Positions 29,672 to 40,181 of a stretch of DNA of 64,000 nucleotides are shown here, in pieces. The translations under genes and the position numbers were made by a program. The stretch is taken from NCBI GenBank assembly GCA_963810935.1, contig CAWEPK010000009.1:1-64000 (forward strand), read 5' to 3'. Origin of the DNA: an uncultured delta proteobacterium. GTDB lineage: Bacteria; Desulfobacterota; Syntrophorhabdia; Syntrophorhabdales; WCHB1-27. The notes under the pieces are model-generated. The model was not told the origin of the DNA, ran no database searches, and worked only from the letters and a program-made list of their open reading frames with translations. Within the stretch, counting starts at the first letter, position 1; the number at the start of each line of letters is the position of its first letter.

Positions 29672-31393
29672 TTAAAACAGGAAATACCTTTGAGCCATCG
29701 GCAGCACCGCCGCAGGCTCGCAGGTGATTACCTCCCCGTCGGCTTTCACGACATAGGTCTCAGGATCGACCTCCATCTTCGGCAAATAGTTGTTGTGCAC
29801 CATGTCCGCCTTGCCTATGGACCGGCAGTTGCGGACGTATGCCGCCTGCTTGGAGAGGCCGAGCTCGAGGTGGACGCCCTTGTCGTAGGCCGCTTTCGAC
29901 AAAAAAGCGAGCGATATGCTCGCCGGGGCGCGGCCGAACGCCCCGAACATGGGCCGCATCACCAAAGGCTGCGGCGTAGGGATTGAGGCGTTCGCGTCGC
30001 CCATCTGGGCATAGGCGATGAAGCCCCCCTTTATGACCATCGCGGGCTTGACGCCGAAAAAGGCCGGCTCCCACAGGACGATGTCCGCCAGCTTGCCTGC
30101 CTCCAGGGACCCTACGTGGTCCGATATGCCATGCGTTATGGCCGGGTTGATCGTATACTTGGCGATGTACCTCTTTGCCCTCGCGTTGTCGCCCCGCCCG
30201 GTTTCGCCGGGGAGCTTCCCCCTTTGCATCTTCATCTTGTGGGCCGTCTGCCAGGTCCTCATGATGACCTCGCCCACGCGGCCCATCGCCTGCGAGTCGG
30301 AAGAGAGCATGCTGAAAGCGCCCATGTCGTGCAGCACGTCCTCGGCTGCGATGGTCTCCATCCTGATCCTCGAATCTGCGAAGGCGACGTCTTCAGGTAT
30401 GCGCGGGTCGAGGTGATGGCAGACCATAAGCATGTCTAGGTGCTCGTCCATGGTATTCACGGTAAGCGGCATGGTCGGGTTTGTTGATGACGGCAGCACG
30501 TTCGCCTCGCCGCAGACCCGCATGATGTCGGGGGCATGTCCGCCGCCTGCGCCCTCGGTATGATACGTGTGGATCGCCCTTCCCTTGAAGGCCCTGATCG
30601 TCTCCTCCACGAAGCCCGCCTCGTTCAGCGTGTCCGTGTGGATCGCCACCTGTACATCGTAACGGTCCGCAACAGTAAGGGCCGTGTCGATGGCCGCGGG
30701 CGTCGAGCCCCAATCCTCATGCAGCTTCAGGCCGATTGCGCCTGCCTCTATCTGCTCTTCCAGGGGCGCAGCGGTGGAACAATTCCCCTTTCCGAGAAAA
30801 CCGAAATTAAGTGGAAAAGCCTCGACGGATTCCAGCATGCGGTGGATGTTCCACGCGCCGGGGCTGCACGTCGTGGCGTTCGTGCCCGTGGCCGGTCCCG
30901 TCCCTCCCCCTATCATCGTGGTAATGCCCGCCCCCACGGCGGTCTCGATCTGCTGGGGCGAGATGAAGTGTATGTGCGTATCGATCCCTCCCGCGGTCGC
31001 AATAAGGCCCTCGCCCGCAATCGCCTCCGTGGACGCCCCCACGACCATGCCCGGCGTCACCCCGTCCATCAGGTCGGGGTTCCCCGCCTTGCCGATGCCG
31101 CAAATCCTGCCGTCCCTGATTCCGATATCGGCCTTGACTATGCCCCAGTGGTCGAGGACCACGACGTTCGTGATCACTAGGTCGAGCGCACCTGCGCGCC
31201 TTGTCGCAGACGGCGACTGCCCCATACCGTCCCGGATCACCTTGCCGCCGCCGAATTTCACCTCATCGCCGTAGACGGCGAAGTCTTTTTCAATCTCGAT
31301 AAAAAGCTCGGTGTCCGCCAGGCGGACGAGGTCGCCCACTGTCGGCCCGAACATATCCGCATACTGCTTCCTTCCGATGCGCGCGCCCATCAT
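29672..31393 (-). CDS. ureC: Urease alpha subunit
   Basis: [40 protein letters not shown]. Confidence 0.98.
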   Translation of the reverse strand: MMGARIGRKQYADMFGPTVGDLVRLADTELFIEIEKDFAVYGDEVKFGGGKVIRDGMGQSPSATRRAGALDLVITNVVVLDHWGIVKADIGIRDGRICGIGKAGNPDLMDGVTPGMVVGASTEAIAGEGLIATAGGIDTHIHFISPQQIETAVGAGITTMIGGGTGPATGTNATTCSPGAWNIHRMLESVEAFPLNFGFLGKGNCSTAAPLEEQIEAGAIGLKLHEDWGSTPAAIDTALTVADRYDVQVAIHTDTLNEAGFVEETIRAFKGRAIHTYHTEGAGGGHAPDIMRVCGEANVLPSSTNPTMPLTVNTMDEHLDMLMVCHHLDPRIPEDVAFADSRIRMETIAAEDVLHDMGAFSMLSSDSQAMGRVGEVIMRTWQTAHKMKMQRGKLPGETGRGDNARAKRYIAKYTINPAITHGISDHVGSLEAGKLADIVLWEPAFFGVKPAMVIKGGFIAYAQMGDANASIPTPQPLVMRPMFGAFGRAPASISLAFLSKAAYDKGVHLELGLSKQAAYVRNCRSIGKADMVHNNYLPKMEVDPETYVVKADGEVITCEPAAVLPMAQRYFLF

Positions 31394-31758
31394 GCACCTC
31401 CGAAGCCGTTCTGCGCCGCTGCCTCTATGGCGCGGGCCGTCACCTGCGCGTCATCGACGGGGCCGTCTGTCAGGTTGTTGAGGCCCTGGACCACTTTGCG
31501 GCCCCCTATCTCGACAAGGGCAACCTCTTTCTCCTGGCCCGGCTCGAACCTGACGGCCGTACCCGCCGGGATGTCGAGCCTCATAGCGAACGCCGATTTC
31601 CTGTCAAAGGAAAGCTCCTTGTTCGCTTCGAAAAAATGGAAGTGGGAGCCGACCTGCACGGGCCTGTCTCCCTTGTTGGAAACGACCAGCCTGGCGGTCC
31701 GCCGCCCCACATTAAGCTCCAGGCTGCCTTCTTCGACTATGTATTCTCCGGGGATCAT
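31390..31758 (-). CDS. ureB: Urease beta subunit
   Basis: [32 protein letters not shown]. Confidence 0.97.
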   Translation of the reverse strand: MIPGEYIVEEGSLELNVGRRTARLVVSNKGDRPVQVGSHFHFFEANKELSFDRKSAFAMRLDIPAGTAVRFEPGQEKEVALVEIGGRKVVQGLNNLTDGPVDDAQVTARAIEAAAQNGFGGA

Positions 31759-31784
31759 GTCGCCTCCTTAAGCTCACCTGAAGC

Positions 31785-32087
31785 TCATCTGATGGGGTCG
31801 TGGATCGTCACCAGCTTCGTGCCGTCGGGGAACGTGCCCTCTACCTGGATCTCCTTGATCATTTCCGGCACGCCTTCCATGACGTCTTCCTTTTTCAGTA
31901 TCGTCGCGCCGTAGGACATAAGGTCAGCGACCTTCCTGCCGTCGCGTATGCCTTCCAGGACTGCGGAGGTGATGATCGCCACCGCTTCCGGATGGTTCAG
32001 CTTAAGCCCCCTGGCTTTGCGCTCCGTTGCCAGACAGGCGGCTGTATAGATAAGCAGCTTCTCCTTCTCCCTCTCGGATAACCTCAT
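31785..32087 (-). CDS. ureA: Urease gamma subunit
   Basis: [26 protein letters not shown]. Confidence 0.97.
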   Translation of the reverse strand: MRLSEREKEKLLIYTAACLATERKARGLKLNHPEAVAIITSAVLEGIRDGRKVADLMSYGATILKKEDVMEGVPEMIKEIQVEGTFPDGTKLVTIHDPIR

Positions 32088-32114
32088 GGCGCTCCTCCCT
32101 TATCCCTCTATTCC

Positions 32115-32441
32115 TCACAGGGTAGCGTCTCCGCGCTCGCCCGTACGTATCCGCATCACCTCTTCGAGGTCGAGGACGAAGATCTTCCCATCCCCTATAT
32201 TGCCGGTCTTTCCCGCCTCCCGGACGATCGCCATGACGGCTTCCGCGTCTGCGTCTCTCGTCGCGATAAGCAGGCAGGATTTCGGCAGCTTTTCGTAATG
32301 CATGTCGCCTATGGTTATGCCTTTCTGTTTTCCCCTGCCCCGCACGCTGAACTCCGTGAGCGAGGAAAAACCGGACTCCTTAAGGCTGTCCTCTACGACT
32401 TTGAGCCTGTCGGGCCTCAGGATCGCAACGATCATTTTCAT
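32115..32441 (-). CDS. PII-family protein with short, NifI1-like T-loop
   Basis: 108 aa. GRGKQKGITIGDMHYEKLPK, TGNIGDGKIFV, RIRTGE. Confidence 0.9.
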   Translation of the reverse strand: MKMIVAILRPDRLKVVEDSLKESGFSSLTEFSVRGRGKQKGITIGDMHYEKLPKSCLLIATRDADAEAVMAIVREAGKTGNIGDGKIFVLDLEEVMRIRTGERGDATL

Positions 32442-32453
32442 CGGTCAACCTCC

Positions 32454-33143
32454 CTATATGGCCAGATGGGTCTTGATATCGTCCTTCGTAAGCTGGCTGA
32501 CGTCGCCCCGGAAGGCTATCGTCCCTTTTTCCATGATGTAGCAGAAGTCGGCCAGCCTCAGCGCAAAATCGACATACTGCTCCACAAGGAGGATGGAAAG
32601 CTTTCCCTGCTCCTTGATGAAGCGTATGGCGTTCTCGATATCGAAGACGATGGACGGCTGGATGCCTTCGGTCGGCTCGTCGAGAAGCAGGAGCCTGGGG
32701 CCGGTAATAAGGACGCGGGCAATGGCGAGCTGCTGCTGCTCTCCGCCGCTCAAGTCCCCGCCCTTCCTGTTCTGGAGCTTCTTGATGCCGGGGAACAGCT
32801 CGAAAATACCGTCGGGGACGACGGCCTTCTCTCCCCTGGCCTCAAGGCCGACCACGAGGTTCTCGCGCACCGTCAGGTAAGGGAATATCTCTCTCCCTTG
32901 CGGCACGTAAGCTATGCCGGCCCTCGACCTCTCTTCCGGCTTCCATGCAGTTATATCCTTGCCGTCGTGCTCTATGGCGCCGGACGTGGGCCGGACCAGG
33001 CCCATCACCGTCTTGAGCAGGGTCGTTTTCCCAACCCCGTTCCTGCCCATAAGGGCGACGACCTTCCCTTCCGGGATATCCATCTCCACGTCTCTTAAAA
33101 TCACCGTCTCGCCGTAAGCGCTGGTGATGCCGTTAATGACCAT
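32454..33143 (-). CDS. urtE: Urea ABC transporter ATP-binding protein UrtE
   Basis: GRNGVGKT, VPQGREIF, DEPTEGIQPSI. Confidence 0.93.
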   Translation of the reverse strand: MVINGITSAYGETVILRDVEMDIPEGKVVALMGRNGVGKTTLLKTVMGLVRPTSGAIEHDGKDITAWKPEERSRAGIAYVPQGREIFPYLTVRENLVVGLEARGEKAVVPDGIFELFPGIKKLQNRKGGDLSGGEQQQLAIARVLITGPRLLLLDEPTEGIQPSIVFDIENAIRFIKEQGKLSILLVEQYVDFALRLADFCYIMEKGTIAFRGDVSQLTKDDIKTHLAI

Positions 33144-33897
33144 TTTCCTGCGCCTCTCCGCCTCTTCCAAGGTACACGTCTATGACCGTCGGGTCGTTGC
33201 CGACCTCTTCGAAAGTACCTTCGCAGAGCAGCCTCCCTTCATGGAGCACGGTCACCTTGCGGGCAAACTTTTTGACGAAGTTCATGTCATGCTCAACAAC
33301 GAGGACGGACGTCTTCCTGGCGGTCTCCATCAGGATCTCGCCGGTCCGTGTCCTCTCGCTGCCGGTCATGCCTGCGACAGGCTCGTCGACGAGGAGGAGG
33401 TCCGGCTTCTGTGCGATGGTCATGGCGATCTCCAGCCATTGTTTCTCTCCGTGAGAAAGGTCGCCCGCCTTGTCCGACTCCCTTTTGTCGAGGTCCACCG
33501 TGCGCAGTATATTATTGATGCTTTCCAGGTCGCTGCCGGACCGCTTCCGAAACGTCGCCATAAGGCCCCGCTCGCCTTGCAGGGAAAGCTCCATGTTCTC
33601 GAAGACGGTAAGGTTCTCGAAAACGGAAGGCGTCTGGAACTTCCTGCTGACGCCGCAACGCGCTATCTTGTAGTCGCACAGGTCCGCAAGCTCGATGCCT
33701 CCGTTGAAGACCACTTTCCCCGTCGAAGGCTTCACCTTGCCGCATATGACGTCGAGGAGCGTCGTCTTGCCCGCGCCGTTCGGGCCGATAAGGAACCGCA
33801 GCTCTCCGGCCTCCATCGAGAAATCGACGTTGTTCAGGGCCTTGAAGCCGCTGAAATCGACCGTCACGCCTTCCGTCTTTATGATCGTCTTTCCCAT
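33133..33897 (-). CDS. urtD: Urea ABC transporter ATP-binding protein UrtD
   Basis: GPNGAGKT, RKFQTPSVF, LSHGEKQWLEI. Start MGKTII. Confidence 0.93.
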   Translation of the reverse strand: MGKTIIKTEGVTVDFSGFKALNNVDFSMEAGELRFLIGPNGAGKTTLLDVICGKVKPSTGKVVFNGGIELADLCDYKIARCGVSRKFQTPSVFENLTVFENMELSLQGERGLMATFRKRSGSDLESINNILRTVDLDKRESDKAGDLSHGEKQWLEIAMTIAQKPDLLLVDEPVAGMTGSERTRTGEILMETARKTSVLVVEHDMNFVKKFARKVTVLHEGRLLCEGTFEEVGNDPTVIDVYLGRGGEAQENGH

Positions 33898-33899
33898 CT

Positions 33900-34994
33900 C
33901 TATCCCCTCGCAGCCGATTCTTTCATCCGCTCCTCGGCCACCGGGCCCCGGTTTTTGCGCATCAGGGGCAGCTTGCCGATAAGCCCTACGACCCCCTGCG
34001 GGAAGAGCAGCACCACGCCGATAAAGAGAGCGCCCTGGAAATAAAGCCAGATGCTCGGAAAGGTTTCGCTGAGGTACGTCTTGGCAAAGTTGACAACGAG
34101 GGCGCCGACGATTGCGCCTATCAGCGTGCCCCTGCCTCCTATCGCCACCCATATCGCCATCTCGACCGACGGCAGTATACCCATCGAGGACGGTGAGATG
34201 ATGCCTACCTGGGGCACGTAAAGGATGCCCGCGAGTCCGGCGAGACCGGCGGAGAGTGCGAAGACTGCGACCTTGAAGAGCGTCGAGTTGTAGCCTAAGA
34301 ACCTGAAGCGGTTCTCGCCGTCCCGGATCGCCACGAGCACCCTGCCCGACCTCGTCGATACGAGCCACCTGGCGAAGAGAAAGACGAGGACGAGGACGAC
34401 GGCCGTCACGAGGTAGAGGCCCCTCATCGTGGACGGCTCCGACAGGGAGTAGCCGAAGATGTCCTGGAGGTTCGTTACTCCGTTGGTGCCGCCCGTGTAA
34501 GGCTGCTGGCCGATGAAGAGGATCGAAAAGACCAGGGCCAGCGCCTGGGTCAGGATGGCGAAGTAAGGCCCTTTTATCCTCGCCCTGAAGGTGGGGATTC
34601 CGATGACGACGGCCACTGCAATGGGCACGAGTATCGCCATAGGTATTGCGAACCAGGCATGGGCGAAGGGTTTCCAGAACCAGGGCACTTCGGTGAGCCC
34701 GCTCCACATCATGAAATCCGGGAGGCTCTCTGCCTGAAGCTTTATATACATGCCCATCGAGTAAGCGCCGAGGCTGAAAAAGACGGCGTGCCCCAGCGTA
34801 AGGATGCCCGTATACCCCCAGACGAGGTCGATGCCGATCGCCACGATGGCGTAAGAGAGGAACTTGCCCAGCAGGTTAAGCCTGAAGTCGGACAAAAAGA
34901 ACGGCAGTACAAACAGGACGACGCAGCCCAGAAAGATAACCCAGCGACCGTTCGCCATCGGCTGAAAATGACCCTTTTTGTCCATTGCCGTCAC
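33900..34994 (-). CDS. urtC: Urea ABC transporter permease UrtC
   Basis: LLGKFL, LPDFM.W, GGTNG, LYVPQVGIISP. Confidence 0.93.
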   Translation of the reverse strand: MTAMDKKGHFQPMANGRWVIFLGCVVLFVLPFFLSDFRLNLLGKFLSYAIVAIGIDLVWGYTGILTLGHAVFFSLGAYSMGMYIKLQAESLPDFMMWSGLTEVPWFWKPFAHAWFAIPMAILVPIAVAVVIGIPTFRARIKGPYFAILTQALALVFSILFIGQQPYTGGTNGVTNLQDIFGYSLSEPSTMRGLYLVTAVVLVLVFLFARWLVSTRSGRVLVAIRDGENRFRFLGYNSTLFKVAVFALSAGLAGLAGILYVPQVGIISPSSMGILPSVEMAIWVAIGGRGTLIGAIVGALVVNFAKTYLSETFPSIWLYFQGALFIGVVLLFPQGVVGLIGKLPLMRKNRGPVAEERMKESAARG

Positions 34995-34995
34995 C

Positions 34996-35889
34996 TTAGT
35001 CCAATGCCCTCGTCTTCAGCGCGAAGAAACCGGACGGCTTCCATTGGAGGAAGACGATAACGAGCGTGAAGACGATCACCTTTCCCATGCTCGACGTGGT
35101 CACGTATTCGAAGAGCGGGTTGGTAAGCCCGATCATCAGGGCGCCCGCGACCGTCCCTGCCAGGTTGCCGACTCCGCCCAGGACCACGACCATGAATGCA
35201 TCCACTATATAGTTCTGGCCCGTAGAGGGGCCGATGGAGCCGAGCAGGCTGACCGCGCAGCCCGCGATGCCCGCGATGCCGGAGCCGATGGCGAAGGTGA
35301 GGGAATCGACCTTTCTGGTACTCACCCCCATGCAGGCGGCCATGCCCCGGTTCTGCATAACGGCTCTCATCCTCCTTCCGCTCACGGAATAATTGACGTA
35401 GAAATACATGCCCGCTATTGCCGCGACGGCGAGGGAGAGGATGAAGATCCTGCTGTAAGGCAACTGGAAGCCCGCAAGCAGCCGGACGCCGCCTTGCAGC
35501 CAGTGGGGCGCGCTAACGTCCACGTTGTTCGCGCCGAAAGCATTACGTGCCCCCTGCTGCATGACTAGGCTCAGGCCCCACGTCGCGAGGATGCTCTCGT
35601 ACGGCCTCCCGTACAGGAACCTGATGAGCACCTTCTCCACGACCAGCCCGGTTATGCTCGCCGCAATGAAGGCGGCAGGCAGCGCAACGAGGAACGAGAT
35701 GCCCGCATGGCCTTCGAAGACGAACCGCTGCATGACGTAGGCGACGTAAGCCCCGATCATCATGAACTCGCCGTGGGCGAAGTTAATGACGCCCATGATG
35801 CCGAAGGTGATGCTCAGGCCCAGGGCGACCAGAAGGAGGATCGAGCTTAGGCTCAGGCCGTTGAATAATTGTGAGAGTACCGCTTCCAT
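34996..35889 (-). CDS. urtB: Urea ABC transporter permease UrtB
   Basis: SILLLVALGL, LYGRP.E..LATWG, FLQWKPSG. Confidence 0.93.
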   Translation of the reverse strand: MEAVLSQLFNGLSLSSILLLVALGLSITFGIMGVINFAHGEFMMIGAYVAYVMQRFVFEGHAGISFLVALPAAFIAASITGLVVEKVLIRFLYGRPYESILATWGLSLVMQQGARNAFGANNVDVSAPHWLQGGVRLLAGFQLPYSRIFILSLAVAAIAGMYFYVNYSVSGRRMRAVMQNRGMAACMGVSTRKVDSLTFAIGSGIAGIAGCAVSLLGSIGPSTGQNYIVDAFMVVVLGGVGNLAGTVAGALMIGLTNPLFEYVTTSSMGKVIVFTLVIVFLQWKPSGFFALKTRALD

Positions 35890-35902
35890 AAGAGTCCTTG
35901 GG

Positions 35903-35956
35903 GCGCCGGGGGCCGGCCGAAGGGGATGGGGGGGTTAGTTGGCCGCCCCCCGGCGC
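35903..35956 (-). other. Intercistronic hairpin with C-rich loop after urtA
   Basis: 16-bp stem with one mismatch (35903-35918 / 35941-35956), 22-nt loop. Confidence 0.6.
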
Positions 35957-35962
35957 ATGTTG

Positions 35963-37195
35963 CTACTTATCTACGATTTTACCCGGAGCAAGGACCTTTT
36001 TCTTCGAGACCAGTGTAGGGAACGGGTCCGGAACAACGGGCTTCCCGGTCGTCCAGACGATCTCGAACTGGCCGTCGCTCTTCACCTTGCCTACCTGGAC
36101 GATTTTCGACGTGTGGTTGTTAATCGGGCTGATCGTCACGAGGCCTTCAGGCGCCTTGTAAGCGATGCCTCTGACCGCTTCTCTTACCTTCGCCGTGTCC
36201 GCGCTATGCGCCTTTTTCACGGCTTCAGCCCACAGGTAGACGCCGAAATAGGCCGCCTCGATCGGGTCGTCCGTCACGCGGTCGGCGCCGTATTTCGCCT
36301 TATAGCTCTTCACGAAGGCGTCGTTCTCCGGCGTCTTCATGCTCATGAAGTAGTTCCATGCCGCGTAGTGCCCGACGAGGTTGTCCGCGCCGATGCCCCT
36401 GATCTCGTCTTCCGCGATGCTGACCGACATGGTCGGGATGTCTTTGGCGGTGATGCCGGCAGCCCGGAGCTGCTTGAAGAAAGCCACGTTGCTGTCGCCG
36501 TTAAGGGTGTTGTAAACTACGTCGGGCTTTGCGGCCTTGATCTTGTTTATAACGGTGCTGTACTCGGTGTGGCCGAGGGGCGTATACTCCTCGCCGACGA
36601 GCGTGCCGCCTTCAGCCTTGAGCTGGGCCTTTATAATGAGGTTCGCCGTCCTCGGGAAAACGTAATCCGAGCCGAGGAGGAAGAACTTCTTCTTGCCGTC
36701 TTTGAGGAGCCACGTTACGGAAGGCATGATCTGCTGGTTAGGTGCGGCGCCCGTATAGACGATATTCTTCGAGGCCTCCAGCCCTTCGTACTGGACAGGG
36801 TAGAAGAGAAGGTGATCCGCCTTCTCGAAAACCGGCAGGACCGCCTTGCGGCTTGCGGAAGTCCAGCAACCGAAGACGACGACTACCTTGTCTTTCGAAA
36901 TCAGCTTCTTCGCCTTTTCAGCGAAGGTCGGCCAGTCGGAAGCGCCGTCCTCGATTATAGGCACTATCTGTCTGCCGAGAAGCCCTCCCTTCGCGTTGAT
37001 CTCCGCTATCGCCATCAACGTGCCGTCCTTGACGGCCACCTCGCTGATCGACATCGTCCCGCTCAGGGAGTGAAGCACGCCGACCTTGATCGGTTCCGCA
37101 GCCCGGGCCTGACCGCCCGGGACGGCGATGAAAAACAGCAACAGCAGCACTGCAAATACCGGTGTAATCCCTCTCCATCGATGTGTCTTGTTCAT
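35963..37195 (-). CDS. urtA: Urea ABC transporter substrate-binding protein UrtA
   Basis: [39 protein letters not shown]. Confidence 0.95.
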   Translation of the reverse strand: MNKTHRWRGITPVFAVLLLLFFIAVPGGQARAAEPIKVGVLHSLSGTMSISEVAVKDGTLMAIAEINAKGGLLGRQIVPIIEDGASDWPTFAEKAKKLISKDKVVVVFGCWTSASRKAVLPVFEKADHLLFYPVQYEGLEASKNIVYTGAAPNQQIMPSVTWLLKDGKKKFFLLGSDYVFPRTANLIIKAQLKAEGGTLVGEEYTPLGHTEYSTVINKIKAAKPDVVYNTLNGDSNVAFFKQLRAAGITAKDIPTMSVSIAEDEIRGIGADNLVGHYAAWNYFMSMKTPENDAFVKSYKAKYGADRVTDDPIEAAYFGVYLWAEAVKKAHSADTAKVREAVRGIAYKAPEGLVTISPINNHTSKIVQVGKVKSDGQFEIVWTTGKPVVPDPFPTLVSKKKVLAPGKIVDK

Positions 37196-37382
37196 TTCCA
37201 GACCTCCTTTAATATGTTCGCCTCCGGGATACTGTTTGAATCTCCTTTCAGCGTATTTCTCTTGTGAGTTGCCTGGGCAATCAGGCGATGCAGCGGTGCA
37301 TTAGGGGGCCGGACGGCGTCGTCCGGCCCGGGAGGAGAGCGCCTTCGCGGGTGATAATCAAAGACGCCCCACTTCCGCTTAA

Positions 37383-37398
37383 TCCAATAACCGTGCCA
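37383..37398 (-). promoter_or_regulatory. Putative sigma54 promoter of urt-ure operon
   Basis: Minus strand TGGCACGGTTATTGGA: perfect -24 box, -12 box has GG instead of GC. Confidence 0.55.
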
Positions 37399-37616
37399 TG
37401 GCGGGAAAGCTTTATCGCCGAGGTCCGGAAACGGCCTGATTCCAGCCTATTGTAAGCATCAGGCTGCGCCGCCGGAAAGAACAAACACGTTCTCCGGGCA
37501 GCGAAGGGATACGAAAAGGTAAGAAACCATCATCGCATATTACGCAAACGTAGGCTTCGATGAAGACAAGGCAAAATTATGATAAGCTGGAAAATGAAAG
37601 ATCGGGAAGGCAATTA

Positions 37617-37917
37617 ATACCCTGCTGCTTGCAGCAGAGCATTAAAGCAAGCGTAGCGCCGCGCCGAGCGGGGAGCGGGGCACCCGCCCGACGTAAGGAG
37701 GGAAGGGTCGAGGCTTTGCCCGGCGAGGGGTGCCGCACATCTTGACCGGGTATTGAATACCTGCTGCTTGCAGCAGGTATAAAGCGAGCGTATGCGAAGC
37801 GCCGAGCGGGGAGGCTCGACTAGGGGGGGGCTTTGCCTGGCGAGGGGGTGCTGAACCCCAATAATTGTTACGGAGCGAAGCGGAAAAAGGTCTCCCTGCA
37901 GCAAGCTGCAGGGAATC
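37617..37917. repeat. Modular hairpin repeat cluster, copy 1
   Basis: CCTGCTGCTTGCAGCAG hairpins followed by an AAAGCRAGCG...GCGCCGAGCGGGGAG core. Shares long identical blocks with 53441-53744. Confidence 0.85.
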
Positions 37918-37954
37918 CACAAGTTGAAAATAAATCGAACGAATGAGGTGATCG

Positions 37955-38782
37955 ATGGGACTTATAAAGATCGACGAAACAAAGTGCAAGAAGGACGGCG
38001 CCTGCACGCGTGATTGCTCGCCGGGCATCATCAGGCTTTCCGAACAGACCGGGTTCCCTGAAGTAGTGCCGGGCGGGGACACGGCCTGCATCTTCTGCGG
38101 CCACTGCGTGGCGGTCTGCCCGGAGGGCGCGCTCAGCCATGAATGCCTGCCCGCGGGTGATGCTCCGGTCATCGACGAAAATCTCGCGATCGACGAGGCG
38201 CGGGCGGTCCAGTTTTTGCGGTCGCGCCGCTCCGTGAGGCTCTTTAAGGAAAAGCCGGTTGAAAAGGAAAAGGTGACGAGGCTTATCGAGCTCGCCCGTT
38301 ACGCGCCGACTGCGGGCAACAGCCAGTCAGTGCAGTGGCTGGTCCATACGGACCGGGAAAAAATCAACGCGATCGCCGCCGGCGCCGCCGAATGGCTGCA
38401 GGGTGTCCTGAAAGCCAACCCTTCCATTGCGGTTGCCAAGCCTTACATGGCGAGGGTGATTACTACCTGGGACTCGGGCCGCGATTCGGTACTGAGGAAG
38501 GCGCCCGTGCTCATCGTGGCTTCGGCGCCGAAAGAGTCTGCCTTCGGTATGGTCGACCTTACCATAGCCCTCACTTACCTGGACCTCGTTGCCCCGACCC
38601 TGGGTCTGGGCACCTGCTGGGCAGGGCTGCTCCAGGGGGCGCTCCTCTCATCGCCGCAACTCAAGGAACTGGCCGGCATACCGAAGGATCATCCAAGCCA
38701 TTATCCCATGATGGTCGGGTATCCGGGCCACAAGCACTACCGGCTGCCGGAGCGTAAAACCCCCAAGATCGTTTTTGCGTAA
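37955..38782 (+). CDS. Nitroreductase with N-terminal 4Fe-4S ferredoxin domain
   Basis: CIFCGHCVAVCP, RRSVR, APTAGNSQ, GLGTCWAG. Confidence 0.92.
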   Translation: MGLIKIDETKCKKDGACTRDCSPGIIRLSEQTGFPEVVPGGDTACIFCGHCVAVCPEGALSHECLPAGDAPVIDENLAIDEARAVQFLRSRRSVRLFKEKPVEKEKVTRLIELARYAPTAGNSQSVQWLVHTDREKINAIAAGAAEWLQGVLKANPSIAVAKPYMARVITTWDSGRDSVLRKAPVLIVASAPKESAFGMVDLTIALTYLDLVAPTLGLGTCWAGLLQGALLSSPQLKELAGIPKDHPSHYPMMVGYPGHKHYRLPERKTPKIVFA

Positions 38783-38800
38783 GCCGCCTTTCAAAAAGAT

Positions 38801-38850
38801 GCGGCCGCAGCATAGGCCCCTTGAACAAGGCAATGCTGCGGCCGCTTTTT
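38801..38850. terminator. Intrinsic terminator between convergent genes
   Basis: 13-bp stem GCGGCCGCAGCAT / ATGCTGCGGCCGC followed by TTTTT, with an A-tract upstream. Confidence 0.7.
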
Positions 38851-38870
38851 GTTCGGCTCGTTCTTCTTGC

Positions 38871-40101
38871 TTACTTGCCCGCTTTTGCCCTCGCGGCTGC
38901 GATCTCTTCGCATGTGCGCGCGCCGTCCTTCGGCGCGACGGTCAGGATGTCCGTCCCGATAAGGAAGTTCTTATACTCGGGCACCTTCTTTGTTACGCCG
39001 TAGAAGGTGGGCAGCAGGAGCTGATGGTCACACTTGCGCACCTCCAGGGTGCCTATGGCTGTCTTGTCTATGGTCATGCCTTCCAGGGCGTCGATGAACT
39101 TCTCCGTGTCTACGTGGCCCGCCTTCTGGTAAGCCTTCGCGATGAAGTGGGCGACGTTATAGCCGTAGAAAGCCGGCTGCGCGGGATACCTGTTGTAGAC
39201 CTTCCTGAAGGAATCGACAAACGCCTTGTTGTCGGCCGTCTTAGGATAATAGAATAGGTAGTTCGCGGTCCCTATTGCTCCTTCCGGGCATTCGAGGCCC
39301 AGGCTGGAAAGCACCGTGAACTCAATAGCCGTGTGCTGATAGAAGGGGATCTTGGAGCTCATGCCCGTCGCCTTCGCCGCCTTCTGGAAAGCGATTACGG
39401 ACGCGCCGGCGGAGCCCATGATGATGAAATCGGGCTTCGCAGCCATCATCTGGGTTATGTACGGTACGAAGTCTGATTCGCCCACCTTCCACCAGCTCTG
39501 TCCGATGAGCTGAACGCCGGGTTTAAGCTGTTTCAGGCGGTTCCACGTGGCGTCGACAGATGGCGTGGCCGTACTCGAAATCATCGCCCGCTATCCAGTA
39601 CTTGACGTAGGGCTTCTTCGCAAGTACTGCGGCTGCCGCTCTACCCGCCATTGCCGTGTTCTCTGCCATGTGGAAGACGTACCTGTGGCCGAGCTCGCCT
39701 ACGATCTTGTCGCTTTTCGAATAGGTGCAGAGGAAGGGGATCTTCTCCGTCTTCGCAAACTGAGATATGGCGAGCGCGGAGGCGCTGCTGATGGTGCCCA
39801 TCAGAAGGTCCACATGCTCCTTCATGACCAGCTCTTTGGCCATCGAGAGGGCGACGGCAGGCTGGAATTTCTCATCCCTGGTGACGAATTCGATCTTCTT
39901 GCCGAGGACGCCGCCTTGCCCGTTGATCTCCGCTACCGCCATTTTGAAGCCGTCGAGAAGGTCGAGGCCGAACGCGGCCGCCCCTCCCGAGTAGCTGTCC
40001 ACAATGCCTATCTTGATCGTATTGGCCGCACCCGCCTCCGGTGCGAAGAGCAGGGGGCAAAGCCCGGCTGCCAGCACTAGAACGACAAACAGTTTCTTCA
40101 T
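38871..40101 (-). pseudogene. Liv-type ABC substrate-binding protein split by a +1 frameshift at about 39557
   Basis: Signal peptide and ...DFEYGHAI in one frame continue as DATWNRLK...GESDF in the next. May be a sequencing error. Confidence 0.85.
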
Positions 40102-40181
40102 ATGAACTCCTTTGATCTTTGTTGTCCTAAAAACGCTCTCCTCCGAAATGTTCCAACCAAAACCGTTATCCTGAAAGCGAC

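Noticed and set aside
33898..34707. Apparent N-terminal extensions of UrtD (also the SBP at 16608-16778 and UXS at 48765-48941)
   Set aside because: They overlap upstream genes in another frame. Downstream starts give normal protein lengths
37300..37335. Guanidine-II (ACGA loop) or ykkC riboswitch upstream of urtA
   Set aside because: The ACGA is not in a properly closed tetraloop, there is no second ACGR hairpin, and ykkC consensus blocks are absent
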